A stretch of DNA of 64,000 nucleotides from Podarcis muralis (GCF_964188315.1 NC_135668.1:36890001-36954000), one strand, 5' to 3'. Positions 23,538 to 36,899 are shown, counted from the first letter of the stretch. The notes: generated by a model not told the origin, from the sequence alone. Made by a program: numbers and translations.

Positions 23538-26500
23538 TAGCCACATATTTTGGGCTGGGTGGTGGAGGTGGGCACAGAGATCTAATAATTATTATACAGA
23601 CGACTGGAATTTGGGTTTGGTTGGGGGAAGCACCTGCTTGTGTGGGAAGCTGAGCCCCCCGGTTCTGTTCCAGGTAGTTGTTTTCCCATTAAACCACTGA
23701 AAGTTCCTCCTTCTTGTTTTTTATTTTAAACTCCTCCCTAATAACAAAGTGATATTTTGAAGCATAATTAATATTATTGTGGGGAGTTTTGGTCCTTTAA
23801 AAGGGGGCAGGGATTAACATGCAATCTCTCCAATTTTGGTTACACTGGTAAATAAATATCTGAGCATGAAATTTTGAGGAGGGTGGTTGTTTTGTGGGCG
23901 AGGGCAGTTTCCGTTTAAGGTGGTACAGAGGCAAGAGTTAGAGGTGGATCTCCTGGCTAGCTGTTAGTGTGGTAGGTATCTCCCAGCTTTTAATGTACAC
24001 CCCACATTTCCCCACTAACATTATGAATGGGACTTGAGACAAACTGCTGCAGTGCGTGACAGGCTCTTGTTACGGGTGCCAGTCGGTCACACTGCCTTTC
24101 AGGGCCTCCATTACATTTCCCATTTTCCTCTTCAGCAGTCTGCATCCTGTGCCCAATGCCATTTTGCTTTTTTGAGGGGGATACAATTGTACTTCTGCAA
24201 TCCACGGGGCTCCCCCAAACCTGCTGCTACCTCTGGTCTGGGTGCTGCTGTTTTGACTGTGCTTCAGTGGGGGGAAATGAGTTTGCTCTTACACTCTAGG
24301 AAGCAAATGGAAATGGAGGGTGGGGTGGAATTTCTTGTAGGCCTTGCTTGAGCATCATCTACTAGCCCTCCCTATCTCTCTATCTTTTTCACCCCTTCTG
24401 TAAAGCGCTCCTGGTTTTGTTGGGCAAGCGCTCCCATTATCTCTGACCATTGGGTGTGCAGGCTGGAGCTGCTGAAGTCTAGCAACATCCAAAGGGGTCA
24501 CAGGTTCCCCATCCCTGCTGTAAAAAAAGCAGCAAAAGAAAAGCATGCAATTCTGCATTATTAAAAGAACTCCCTGTCTAGAAAGCCTTACCTCCCAACA
24601 ATCACAACCTGTTTACTATATACTTGGAGATCAGAATTAAGAAGAAAGCATTCCTTTAAAACGCCCACACAAACCTTAGCAGTGCAGCCTCTCTTTAAAA
24701 ACTGAGCACTGCCCTTGTTTTTAATGTATTTTCCCATTTATATCCTCACCCCACCCCACCCCCCAAAATAAAACTACATGAAGACCACTTTACAAACAGT
24801 TCAGGTTTTTGAAACATATTTTAAATCCAAAAGCGAAGTTGACTGCTTTCAAGAAACAAATGCATTTGTTTAGCATGGCTTGCAAGGAAAAAACAGTTCA
24901 GCGTGACCCCAGACTCAACTTTCAAAAGCACTTCTTTGGAAATTGGTCCCATCCACTCCCTGCCCATCCCTCCACAGTTATTCCTAGGAGGTCAACGTGA
25001 ACAACAAGGATCATCCAGCAAATGCCGGCAGTGAAGGCTCTCAAACTCTATTGCTGAGATTTTCCCCATACAAGCGCACACATGTAGCCCAGCTGTTCTC
25101 TGTAAAATGGGGGCACTTGTTCCACTTGCTGCCTTTGTTCCAAGAACTTTGCAAAACAAAACCCTTTTTCTTTTTTAGAAAAAACATTGAGAAGCAAAAT
25201 GGTGTTATTAGATCTAATTTAATTTGAAGAGGGGTAAACCACATCTGAGGAACTTGTGGCCCTCTAGATTTTGTTGGGCTCCATCTCCCATCATCCCTCA
25301 CCATCGGCTATGTTGGCTGGGCCTGCTAGGAGTTGGACTCCCAACGGCAGCTGGCTAGCCACAGGTTCACAACCCCTGGTGTAAACTGCCCTGCTGGAAC
25401 GGCGGAGGCCCTTTTGGTCCTGCAGTTTGTCACTTGATGAGCACCATGCTCAAGCTGAGAAGCCGTGTAGGAACTCCATTGCAGCCACCTTCAGTTAAAA
25501 GGGCTGATGGGAAAGGCTCTTATCTGACTGATGGAGAGTTGCTGCCAATCACTCAACAATCCTGGGCTGGCTGGGCACACAGCCTGACAGCAGCTTCCCA
25601 TGTTCCTATGAAGGCATGTGAGTGACCTAAACCTGCAAATCCAATTTGGCATCGGAAGCAGGGCTGAGTCTGCCTTTATCACAAACTAGTGAACTTTAGA
25701 GGCAAACGTGTTTCTGGAAAGTCTCATGTGGCTGGAGAAACCATTTAGGTAGCATCTGTCCACAAAGCACTAAATTGCAGCTTGGGGAATGCATGGCCCT
25801 CCAGCTGTCATTTGGCTAGAACTTTCATCATCTTTGACCACTTACCATGTTGGCTGGAACTGATGGAGCTGGGGGAGTTTCAATAGCAGCTGGAGGGCAC
25901 GGGACCCTCATCCCTGAGTTACACCTCTGCAAGTGCATTTGATGTGATCCCTGATTGCCTTGGACAGAGGTGTGAAACCTGTGGCCCTCTGGGTATTGCT
26001 GAGTTGGAGCTCTCTCATCATCCCAGACCATCAGCCATGCAGATGGGAGGCCCATGGACAACTGGAGGGCCAGAGGTTCCCTGCCAGAGACGATGAATGA
26101 CAAACAAAAAATGGAACTGGGGCTTCATGGCAGGAAGCGAAGATGAGAGGAATCAATGGGGAAAGCTTGGAATAGGTCATATTTTTGTGGTACAAAGAAG
26201 ATTTGTAAAAACTCGAGTTTCCCCAAACCTTGCATTTGTGGGTGAGCCCTACTCCCCTATCTAACATCAGCATGATATGCTGATTCACCAGTGAAGCTTT
26301 TCTTAGCAGAGACCCAGCTGGTGGGAAAGAAAGAGAACCAACATCAGCTTAATTTTTTGCACCAGCTAAACCGGATAGGAATAGGGCTTATTTAAAAAAT
26401 AAATGGGCATCCAGCTGTAAAGAGCACCCTACTGTTGTTTATCACAGGTGACTACATGCAAACAGCCTATTTAACTTCATCCAAGAGCTCTCAAATTTTC

Positions 26501-27075
26501 AGCTCTTAAGTCATTCGGAAGTCACACTTCCTTCCTGGAATGTAAGGCTATAATTAGAGGACCTGCCTATTACAAAGGGTGGTCACTGGAAATTTCTGAT
26601 TCATCATCATCTTGTCCATTTTTTACCCAGGAATGGGGAAACCCATGGCTACCCAGATTATGTTGGACTACAACCTCCCACATCAGACCCAGCCTACAGA
26701 ACCAGTGGTCAAGGCTAATGGAAGTTGTGGTCTAGTAGGTTCCAGATTAGAAAAGGCTACAGCAAGTCATCTTTCAGAGGAGGGGTAGGTGACATTGTCC
26801 AAACATCTGGAGGTGATCACGACTCCCATCAGCCCTAGCCAGCATTGTCAGTGGGCAGGGATCATGGGAGTTGTAGTCCAAAACATTGGGAAGTCCACTA
26901 GCAGACCACCACCTGCCTTCTCCTTAATTCTGTGCTATGATCCAATGAGAGACTGGGGTGGCCCCACCATCCCTAGCCCTGGATTCCCCAAATGTTGTCG
27001 ACAAATCCTGCTTCTTCGTACACCATCACAGGAGTGGTGGCAAGAAGGCCAAGGAGGAGCCACCATGCAGATCTG

Positions 27076-30000
27076 CTAACCCAGGAACGTGGAGATGAAA
27101 ACGCTGGTGTCCAGATTCAAGGTAGCATGCCACCATCGGTCTGGGAAGTACAGGACCTGTAGGGAAGGTAGAGGAGAGGGAGAGAACAAAGCGAGGACTA
27201 AAGGGGTCTGGCAACACCGTGCCTTGCTAAAGTCCCTATTGTTACACACCCCTGCTGTGAGAGGTTTCAGGGGGTTGTGCTATCACGTTTAGCTTCCTTG
27301 CAATGAAAGAACACTGGAGACTTAAAGGAAGCAAAAGTGGAAGCTAAGCAAGCAGTCTGACAGGAAGCAGATCTAAAGAACAATCCAGGTCCACCTTCTG
27401 AGGCTGCAGAGCCAATTTCAGAGCAGGTGACAGCAGTGGGCCCAAGACACCTGACCAAAGATGCCATACAAGCTTGTGGCAGGCTAGGTAAAGGTAAAGG
27501 GACCCCTGACCATTAGGTCCAGTCGTGACAGACTCTGGGGTTGCGGTGCTCATCTCGCTTTATTGGCCAAGGGAGCCGGGGTACAGCTTCTGGTGAACCA
27601 GAGCAGCGCACGGAAACGCCGTTTACCTTCCCGCCGGAGCAGTACCTATTGATCTACTTGCACTTTTTGGGGTGCCTTTGAACTGCTAGGTTGGCAGGAG
27701 CAGGGACCAAGCAATGGGAGCTCACCCCCTCGTGGGGATTCGAACCGCCAACCTTCTGATCGGCAAGTCCTAGGCCCTGTGGTTTAACCCACAGCGCCAC
27801 CCTAGAGTGCAGCAATTTGTGTAGATATGCACCAGCCAGGATTTCTGCCTGAAATTCTGGAGAAACATGGCGAGTCAATGCAGGCAACACTGAGCAAGAT
27901 GGACCAACAGTTTGACTTGGCCCTACAGTAATGTAGGCAAGTGCCAGAACTTTGGAAATGGGGCCACAGCTGTGACTCACCTCTCCGGGGTGGATGGTGC
28001 ACTCGAGAGGCTTCTCCCACGATGGCAGAAAGGGATATGTATCCAACAACCAAGACAGTGTTGTTCTGTTGGGATGGAACTCTGGCATTTTCTCTGGAGG
28101 ATACAGAAACCAGCGCTACGGAGACAGAGAGAAGGGCTTAGCTGGCAGGAACAGTAAAAGGGATGGGGAACCTGTGGCCCCCCAGATGCTGAGCATCCAG
28201 TCCAGTTGAGCCCCCCACCCCACCCATGGCTGATGTCTCAAACAAGACCACCTAGCAGGTGCAGGCTGACCACCTGCATGCAAAGGTGGGCGATCACAGC
28301 TCCTCTCATTGCTCCAGCCGAAGCACTTACTTTCCTGCCGAAGATCACCTCTGAGTAACCTGGGCCGTGCCAATGGAACGGGACTCCCGAGCCGGGGCCT
28401 GCAAACGACCAGAGAAGAAAGAAAAGGGGGGAAATTAGCCTTTCTTTTCAAGGAGCATTACCATCAAGACAGGAACGCGGTGGCGCTGTGGGTTAAACCA
28501 CAGAGCCTAGGACTTGCCAATCAGAAGGTCAGCAGTTCGAATCCCCTGTGACGGGGTGAACTCCCGTTGTTCGGTCCCTGCTCCTGCCAACCTAGCAGTT
28601 CGAAAGCACGTCAAAGTGCAAGTAGATAAATGTGTACCGCTCCGGCGGGAAGGTAAACGACGTTTCCATGCGCTGCTCTGGCTTGCAAGAAGCGGCTTAG
28701 TCATGCTGGCCACATGACCCGGAAGCTGTACGCCGGCTCCCTCGGCCAATAAAGCGAGATGAGCGCCACAACCCCAGAGTCTGCCACGACTGGACCTAAT
28801 GGTCAGGGGTCCCTTTAGCTTTTACCATCAAGACATAGATCATAGAATTGTAGACTTGGAAGGGACCCTGTGGATCATCTAGTCCAGAGCTTTCCAAACT
28901 TTTCATGTTGGCGACACACTTTTTAGACACTTGTACTAGCAAACCAGAGGTTAAGCTAACCCCTTCCCAGTCCTGGAAGGAGCGCAGGGAGTGCTCGTGC
29001 TACACACTGCAGCTGACACACTTAACACAGGCATGGGCAAACACCAGCCCTCCAGATGTTTGGGACTACAATTCCCATCATCCCTAGCTAACAGGACCAG
29101 TAGTCAGGGATGATGGGGACTGTAGTCCCAAACATGTGGATGGCCGCCAGTTTGCCTACGCCTGCGCTAACATGTCATGACACACAGTTTGGAAAGCTCT
29201 GATCTAGTCCAACTCCCCGTAATGCAGGAATATGCACCTGTCCCTTACAGGGATCAAACTTGCAACCTTGGCATTATCAGCACCATGCTCTAACCAACTG
29301 AGTTATCCAGGCTGACTCACAGTACCAAATGGCTGGGCTGCTTATAGACTATATTTCTGATTGACAGTGTGGTGCAGCGATTGGAGTGTTGCATTAGGGC
29401 CCTGGAGACATGGGTTCAAATCCATGCTCCACCATGAAGCTTGCCGACTGACCTTGGGCCAGTCACTGGCTTTCAGTCCATTTACTGTTATTATTAGTTA
29501 ATTCATTACTTGCCCATCTCCCTACAGTCCCAGGTCGGCTTACAGCAATTAAAACACAACATTAAAAGATCTGCCTCCTGGAGTTGTGACGACAAAATGG
29601 GAGTGGGCGTGGAGAACACTGTACACTGTAAATGAAGGAACTACCTATCTTGCTTTTCTTCCGCTACGAAACTCAAGGACTTGCCTCCAACCTGGGCTGA
29701 GTAGGATCCAGGTGTTCAGACCATTCCCTTGTCTCAGAGGAAGGCTGATGGCAGCAAATGCCACGGGAATAATCTTGCTGCTGCTTTAGGTTCTCTCTGC
29801 TCCCATTACCAGACCTGGATGTTTTGTTCTTGTTTTCTTCTTCACACCATGCGGTTTCGAGATAGGAGGGTAGATTTCTCCTTTAGCCAAGCACTTTCCA
29901 GCACTGGAGAGTGTACCCACTGTTAGGGCTACACAGCTGCAGCTGCTGAGTTTTGCTCCACCACTATGGCCTTGAGCAATCCTGCAGCCGTCTCTCTGCC

Positions 30001-33000
30001 CAGGTGGCAAGATAACCGATTCACTGGCACTTTTCCCTCAGAAAGGCTATGCCCAGAATCCCATGACCATTAAAAGAAAAGCAAGAAGCCTTCAAGGACA
30101 CATTCCACAGCCAGGCAAAAAAATTCAGGGAGAGTGCAAAGTAGCGTCGGTGGGAGGAAAGGCCTGGAGGGAGGGGGAATGACCTGGAAAGAGTCCCAAG
30201 GGCCAGACAGAGAGTGTTGGAGGGCCACATTTGGCCCCGAGGCCTGAGTTTCCATATCCCTATGGAAGACCACTAAAGAAATAAATTGAGGGTCAAGGCC
30301 TGGGGTCTGCCTTGAAACCAGCTGAAATTCACAGAAATGAAAACCCCAATAGAGCCTGAGAGGCAGTGTGGTGTAGTGGTTAGAGTGTTGGACTAGGAGC
30401 CGGGAGGCCAGGGTTCAAATCCCCACTCAGCCATGAAACCCGGTGAGCTTGGGCCAGGCACTGCCTCTCGGCCTAGCCTACCTCACAGGGTTGTTGTGAG
30501 GATAAAATGGAGAGGGAGGAGAAAGATGTATGCCACCTTGACCTCCTTGGAAGAAAAGTGGCGTATAAATCAAATAAAAATAAACAGAGCAATTGGGGCA
30601 AAATATCTACATGAGTAGGCTCGGGGGGAGGATCAGACCCCTTCAAAACACACATTGGATAACAATTCCCAAGTGCCGGTTGCCTTTCCATCCCTTTGAT
30701 GCCCCAGTGACTGACCTGCAATCCCAAAACTGTAGGCTCCAGTGGTGCCTGGGATCCGGAAGGGTGGCGGGGTGTACTTCTGGAAGAGAGGGCCCCACTC
30801 CGTGAAGTTGTTGTCCCCAAAGAAGTAGAGTGTTTCTGCAAGGAGGACAGAAAGCACAACCGTAGACCTTTGCATAACAGAAAAAGCATCCTGTAATCAA
30901 TTTAGTGTCCCGTTCCAAAAGCAGACTGTTGGATTTTCATGACGGGGGGACATGTTCAGTCACTTGAACAAAGAGCTGGGCTGAGAAGAGAACCTTAGCC
31001 TTCCTGTTGCGCCAGCAGCAAGTGGAGCCTTGCTGTCTCGACAGCAAAAATGTGGCACTGCCAGTTGTGCAGGGAGGAGAGGGGGGAAGCAAGGAATCGG
31101 CCCCTGAATACGACCCACCAGGGACTGCATGGCAGGATGGAGGCCAAGCTCAGCTCTTGAGGCAGGGGAAGCAATTCTAGAGTAGGATTGCATCTATTAA
31201 TCCTGTGGTTGGCAAGGGAAAAGTCAGGGCATGGGCAAGGTGGCTGGATTGGGTGCAAAAGAGGTTTGTGCAGCATCAGGAAAAACTAAAGACAGCAGAC
31301 AGACAGGGCAGCTAAGATTCATGGAGGGGCAGTATTAGCTGAAGGAGGCTAAGGCAGAGCAAGGAGGCTGCTCCAACTCTTCTGTGACATCTGAGCTGTC
31401 CCTATATTCTCCCCTTAGCCTCCAAGAACAAAACAGTACCGAAGACCATAAGAAGAGCCTGCTGGATCAGACCAATGGCCTGTCTAGTTCAGCATCGGCG
31501 TCTCACAGTGGCCAACCTGTTGCCTATTTGAACGCCCCAGAGCCCTCTCCCCTCCTGAAATTTCCAGCAACTGGTATTCAGAAGCATTACTGCCTCCAGA
31601 AGTGGAGGCAGAGCTGAGCTACCATGGCTAGTAGCCATTGGGAATTTGCCCAGTCCTCTTTTAAAGCCATCCAAGTTGCTGGCCCTCATTGCCTCCTATG
31701 GGGACAAGTTCCCTAGTTTCACTAGGCACTGCATGAGCAAGTCCTTCTTTTCATCTGTCCCGAATCTTCCAGCGTTCAGCATCATCGGATAGCCCCGAGT
31801 TCTAGTGCTGCAGGAAGCCCTACTCACCACTCCCCAAAGAGGTCCGGTCCTGCGGCTCCAGCAACTGATCCACATACTCCTGGAAGGGCAGGTCAACTGC
31901 AAAAAGGAAGTTAGTGATGCTGAATGCAGCCAATGGGCATGCATCTCCCTCAAAGAGCTGTCCTACTTGGCAGGAGACCAGAGATGGAGGAGACTCTCAC
32001 CTCTAAACACTGGCCCTGCTGGCTGGGGATGATGGGACTTGGCAGTCCAACAACATCCAGAGAGCCACAGGTTCCCCACCTATGAACTACTGACCATTTT
32101 CCATTCACAGTGGAGCAACTGGCCTTCTGCAGGCTCAAGCCCAGCCCACTCTGGTTCCTTCCAGAAAGCATCTTGGCCACCCTGCCCTCACCTTTGCGGT
32201 AAGAATAGGTGTTGGCGGTGCTAAGTCGGACAGGGCGGTCCCCAAACCTGGTCAGCAGCTTGTCCTTGGTACATTGGGCCTGGAACTCCTGCAGGTAACA
32301 GAAGGAGATAAGAGTAGAATCAGAGTTGGAAGGAATCTCGAAAGATCCCAGATTCAAACCCTGCATCTCCAGATACCACTGGGGGAAAACTCCGCTGTGA
32401 AAACTTGGACAGCTGCTGACAGCATTGACAGTGCTGAGCTAGCTGGACCGATGATCTACTTTGGCATAATAAGGCAACTTCCTGTGTTCCTAAAGGAAAG
32501 GGCCACAGCTCAGTAGCAGAGCATCGGTTTGCTTTGCATGCAGAAAGTCTTAGGTTCGATCTCTGGGGATCTCCGGGTGCAGGACTGGGAGAGACACAGA
32601 CCTGAGACCTTGGAGATCCAGCTTATGAAATTGGGCCAGCACCAAGTCTTCTTTCTAATGTTTAACCCGAATGTGCAGTTGTGGTGACACTCACCGAGTT
32701 GTCTGTTATTCCTTGGAGTATAACTGGCCGAGAGAAGGCATACCTAAGAAGCAAATAAGACAGGTACAGTTGTTGTATGCAAAGCCAGATCTAGGGGAAA
32801 GTGGCCAGTGCGATCTCACTGGGTGCAGAGCTTCTGGGGTGCTGCAGGGGGCGCCGCAACTATGACATCCAACAGAAGGCAAGAGGGGGCGTGGCTTGCC
32901 AGATTTTGGCACTTCACAGTGAAATTTGAGACACCAATGTCCGCCACTGTTGTATATAACAGGCAGCTCTTGATTTAGTTTCATTTATGCATCGCTGCCT

Positions 33001-36000
33001 ATAAAACATCTCAAAGCGATTTAACAATAAAAACACAGTTCCAACAATCTTACATTTAAAAAAGCAATTACATATACAGTGGTACCTTGGGTTAAGTACT
33101 TAATTTGTTCCGGAGGTCCGTACTTAACCTGAAACTGTTCTCAACCTGAAGAACCACTTTAGCTAATGGGGCCTCCTGCTGCTGCTGCGCCGCCGGAGCA
33201 CGATTTCTGTTCTTATCCTGAAGCAAAGTTCTTAACCCAAGATACTGTTTCTGGGTTAGTGGCGTCTGTAACCTGAAGCATATGTAACCCGAGGTACCAC
33301 TGTATTAAAATATTTTCATGTCAAATGGGAAGGCCTTGCATGCAAGAAGTCACAGGGTCAATCCCAATGGCATCTCCAGGGAGGGCTAGAAATGCCCCCT
33401 GCTTGAAACCCAGCAGAGCCACTGCCAGCCAGTGTAGGCAATATGGAGCTAGATGGACCAAGGAAACTGACTAGACATAAGGTAGCTTCCTATGTACAGA
33501 TGCAGACGGGGATGAGAACCTCCACTTTCAAGGAGAAAAAGGAAGATTTTGAAGAGGCACCATAAAGACAACAAAGACACGCCTGCCATTATTCCTGGCT
33601 GGAATTCAATCAAGTACATGCAAATTCATGTTGAGCAGATATAGCTGATTGGGAGGTCTTGTGGAACAGACCTGAGGAAGTTCAGTCTTTTTGAGATAAG
33701 CAAAGTGATGAGGAAATGTACTGGAAAGTATGGGATAACACTTGCTTATCTGACTTATCCCCAAACAGATCAGAATGAATGCTAATTAAATAGCCAACAT
33801 CCTCTAATCTCTTGGCAAACAAATCAGGACGAATGCTCAGCCAACACATCATTCTGGAAGTTCCCTAAGATTCAACACTAAATTTATAATAGGAACAGGG
33901 AATCTGTGGCACCTCAGATGCTGCCCAAGGAATAGAGCAGGGTATCATGTGGCTAACTCAGTGGGTCTTACTTCAGAGTAGGCACGCAAAGCACTGTGCT
34001 GCTCATAAACAGCAAAAAGGTCACCCGTGATAACCTTGTGTATATGTGGAAAAGGATGGAAACCCTCCAAGCCTGGCAATAGCCAGGCATTTAAAGGTTT
34101 TTGCCCTGGCAACCTTGAAATTATTAGTCTAAGAATAGGTGATTGGTTTTAGGAGTTATAAACTTCTTTTAGAAGGTTGTTTTGTACTGTTTCTTTTCTT
34201 TTCTTAATTATCTGTATTACTATCGATAAGGGGACGTGGGTGGCACTGTGGGTAAAACCTCAGTGCCTAGGACTTGCCGATCGTATGGTCGGCGGTTCGA
34301 ATCCCCGCGGCGGGGTGAGCTCCCGGCGTTCGGTCCCAGCTCCTGCCCACCTAGCAGTTTGAAAGCACTCTTAAGTGCAAGTAGATAAATAGGGACCGCT
34401 TTATAGCGGGAAGGTAAACTGTGTTTCTGTGTGCTGCGCTGGTGCTGGCTCACCAGTGCAGTTTCGTCACGCTGGCCACGTGACCCGGAAGTGTCTTCGG
34501 ACGGCGCTGGCTCCCGGCCTCTAGAGCGAGATGAGCACACAACCCCGGAGTCGGTCACGACTGGCCCGTACGGGCAGGGGTACCTTTACCTTTACTATCA
34601 ATATGTTTGCTGCCCAGGCTCTTTTGAAGGAAGGTGCAGGTATAATGAAGATGATGATCTCACAGACCTCTCCCTCCCTCCCTTCCCAAGACTGTGGACC
34701 CCCCCAGCCCCCTGATGATGACCAAAACAGGTAAGCAGAAAAAACGCCCCTGCCACTTACTGTTCAATGAACTGGGAGTAGGTTAGTGTGGCATCCCTCC
34801 TCTCAATGGTACAGCTGTCTTCTTCCATTAACGCAGAGTGGCTGCTTGTCAACCTGAGGGGAGAAGGGGTGGAGAAAGGCAGTCCTTAAAATACAGGATA
34901 TTTTTCATATCCATTTATAGCAGGGGTGAGGAGCTTTTTTACAGCTGAGGGCCTCATTGAATCCTGGAGCTGGAAGGGACCCTGAGGATCATCTAGTCCA
35001 ACCCCCTGCAATGCAAGACTATGCAGCTGTCCCTTATGGGGATTGAACCTGCAACCTTGGCATTATCAGCACCATGCTCTAACCAGCTGAGCTATACTTG
35101 CAGGCTTGCAGGCCTCATTCTCTCAAGGGTAATCTTTCTGGGGGCAGCATATTATTATTAGGGTTTTTTAATTTAAAAAATTGTGTATGCCACCCTTCAT
35201 CCAAAGATCTCAGGATGGTTCACAGCATAAAAATACAGAACCCCCCCCCCCAGAGTACATAATAAAAACTAAGAACAGAAACAAAATGAAACAAAAACCT
35301 TCCCTCCCACAAACATATTTAAAAGGACACAGAGTGTTAAACAGCCAAAGGCCTGGTTGAAGAGGAACATTTTCACCTGCCGTCTAAAGATGTATAATGA
35401 AGGCGTCAGGCGAGCCTTCCTGGGGAAAGCATTCCACAAACGGGGAGCCACTGCAGAAAAGGCCAGTTCTCGTGTTGCCAGACCTCTTGTGGAGGAGGCA
35501 CATGAAGAAGGGTCTCAGATGATGAATGCAGGGTCCTGGTCTCTTTATGCTGGGGTGGGGGCAAGGCCAAACCAACAAAGGGTGGAGACAGCATTCTCTC
35601 TCTCTCTTCCTGACACTCCCCATACCCCTCTGACACCCCCTATTCTCTGACACCCCTATTCTCACTTCCCCTCTCTCTGACTCCCCCTGAATGAATCAGA
35701 CTTGAGCACTTGAAAACCAGCTCCAGCTCATTCGTTTGTTTCCACATTCTACAGGTCCTGCTTTCAGAGTTCTCAAGGCTATTAACACAGTAACAACAAG
35801 GTCATGCTAAAGTGATCACAATTAAAGTGCAACAAATAAAGACACGGCCCTAAAGCGGGGAAAGGAGACTGTGCAACAATGAACGAATTAAACAAACAAA
35901 CAAACAAACAAACAGGGCATTGGTTGATATTGAGGCAAAAATGTGATACAGGAGGAAGGGAACCTTTCAAAATGTGAGTTCATGCATGAAGGGATTATAT

Positions 36001-36137
36001 ATGGATCTCACTGATCCATTTTTTGACTGTGTACCTACTCACCAGCCTCCATCAGTGTCCAGCAATGCTAAATATCCAGGCAGAAGGATGAGCATCAAGA
36101 AGGGGAAGAGCAAAAAGCGCTGGCCCCTGGGTCCCAT
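27076..36137 (-). CDS. JMJD8: JmjC domain-containing protein 8, 268 aa, with N-terminal signal peptide
   Basis: Exons, minus strand: 36043-36137, 34761-34853, 32695-32743, 32192-32288, 31828-31896, 30716-30835, 28331-28398, 27981-28115, 27076-27156 (807 nt). Peptides MGPRGQRFLLFPFLMLILLPGYLA, CTIERRDATLTYSQFIEQ, RLSTANTYSY, TLYFFGDNNFTEW, GSGVPFHWHGPGYSEVIFGRK and VLYFPDRWWHATLNLDTSVFISTFLG*. Confidence 0.96.
27486..27802 (-). mobile_element. Sauria SINE, slightly 5'-truncated (subfamily A)
   Basis: Starts with the ggtaaaggtaaagggacccctgaccattagg tail; body matches the other copies. Confidence 0.9.
28472..28821 (+). mobile_element. Sauria SINE (subfamily A)
   Basis: Perfect 14-bp TSD ttaccatcaagaca at 28458-28471 and 28822-28835. 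Confidence 0.93.
28836..29312 (-). mobile_element. tRNA-Ile-headed CR1-tail SINE split by nested hAT MITEs
   Basis: Tail at 28836-28884, remainder at 29202-29312. Head (reverse complement) ggataactcagttggttagagcatggtgctgataatgccaaggttgca resembles tRNA-Ile. Confidence 0.75.
28885..29201. mobile_element. hAT-type MITE containing a second hAT MITE (29028-29164)
   Basis: 16-bp TIR cagagctttccaaact with 8-bp TSD atctagtc. The inner element has TIR caggcatgggcaaac / gtttgcctacgcctg. Confidence 0.85.
30361..30585 (+). mobile_element. MIR/Ther1-related (Squam3-like) tRNA SINE
   Basis: gtggtgtagtggttagagtgttggactagg...gggttcaaatcccc head, CORE-like cctacctcacagggttgttgtgaggataaa, A-rich end. Fragments also near 29362-29480, 36270-36360, 44230-44420 (minus) and 53270-53467. 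Confidence 0.7.
31441..31800 (-). mobile_element. CR1 LINE 3' fragment
   Basis: Degenerate ORF2 end (LNAGRFGTDEKK...LVKLGNL / ASNLDGFKRGLGKF) followed by a CR1-type 3' UTR. Related fragments near 7890-8010, 16860-17055 and 48190-48500. Confidence 0.75.
33077..33302. mobile_element. pogo/Tigger-like MITE
   Basis: Same TIR and TA TSD; 226 bp, like the 6477 copy. Confidence 0.88.
34231..34591 (+). mobile_element. Sauria SINE (subfamily B)
   Basis: TSD ttactatc(g/a)ata at 34217-34228 and 34592-34603. Confidence 0.9.
34965..35095 (-). mobile_element. tRNA-Ile-headed CR1-tail SINE
   Basis: Head and tail nearly identical to the split copy at 28836-29312. Confidence 0.75.
35160..35560 (-). mobile_element. 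L2-type LINE 3' fragment
   Basis: APRLWNAFPRKARLTPSLYIFRRQVKMFLFNQAF. Related fragments at about 7380-7695, 15100-15310, 19905-20295, 38300-38760, 49600-49790 and 63600-63740. Confidence 0.72.
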
Positions 36138-36607
36138 CTGCTCCAAAATCCTACACATCTGTCATTCCAAGCAGTGATCCTTTGCAGGCTGAGGCTGCAG
36201 TGGGAGAACCTTGAGAGCAACCTCCTTCAGGAAAAATGCTTTAAGGCCAGGTGCTCAGCTGCATCTGGAAGATGGTAGAGTGCAGGGAGCAGTTTTTACA
36301 CAGTAAAAAATCCAGGTTCAAATCTACACTCAGCTGCGAAACTTGCTAAATGGCCATAAGGAAGGCTGATACTGTACCACAAGGGGTGGTTGATAAGATT
36401 GGACACGGGTTCACTGTTGCATGAGAATTGGCCACCTCAGAGGATCATTCCAAAATACTCATCCAGCAACCCTGGCTGCTTCAGTACACTGCTTAACGCC
36501 TTTCCTTTCCCCATAACGAGGGGGATTAAAAAAGATGTAAAATTATAAAGTGCATGTAAGTGCATTACATCTTCATGGCCATGCCAGAGCGTTCAGATAG
36601 TGATGTG

Positions 36608-36645
36608 ATTGATTGATTGATTGATTGATTGTGTGTGTGTGTGTC
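36608..36645. repeat. Compound (GATT)n(GT)n microsatellite
   Basis: Seen directly in the sequence. Confidence 0.9.
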
Positions 36646-36899
36646 TCCCCTACTTTACAAAGGACAGCCCTCTGCTGAAGGGCTGCCTGGTCCCATTGTA
36701 GCTGAAAGGTTAAAAAAAAAATCACCAAACCCTATCAGAAGCAAGAGCAGAGTCGAGAGGGCTTGAATTTGCCCATCCCCAGACAGCAGGCAGGCAGCTG
36801 ACCTGGCCAGTCTCCCCCCACTATGGAGAGATGCGTTTTATTCCTGGTTTAAATTACAGCAATTATTTCTAAATTTGCATCTATAGGGATAAATAGCCA

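Noticed and set aside
22821-23540. 239-aa ORF after the STUB1 stop, and antisense ORFs at 22527-23417
   Set aside because: GC-rich 3' UTR with no domain similarity.
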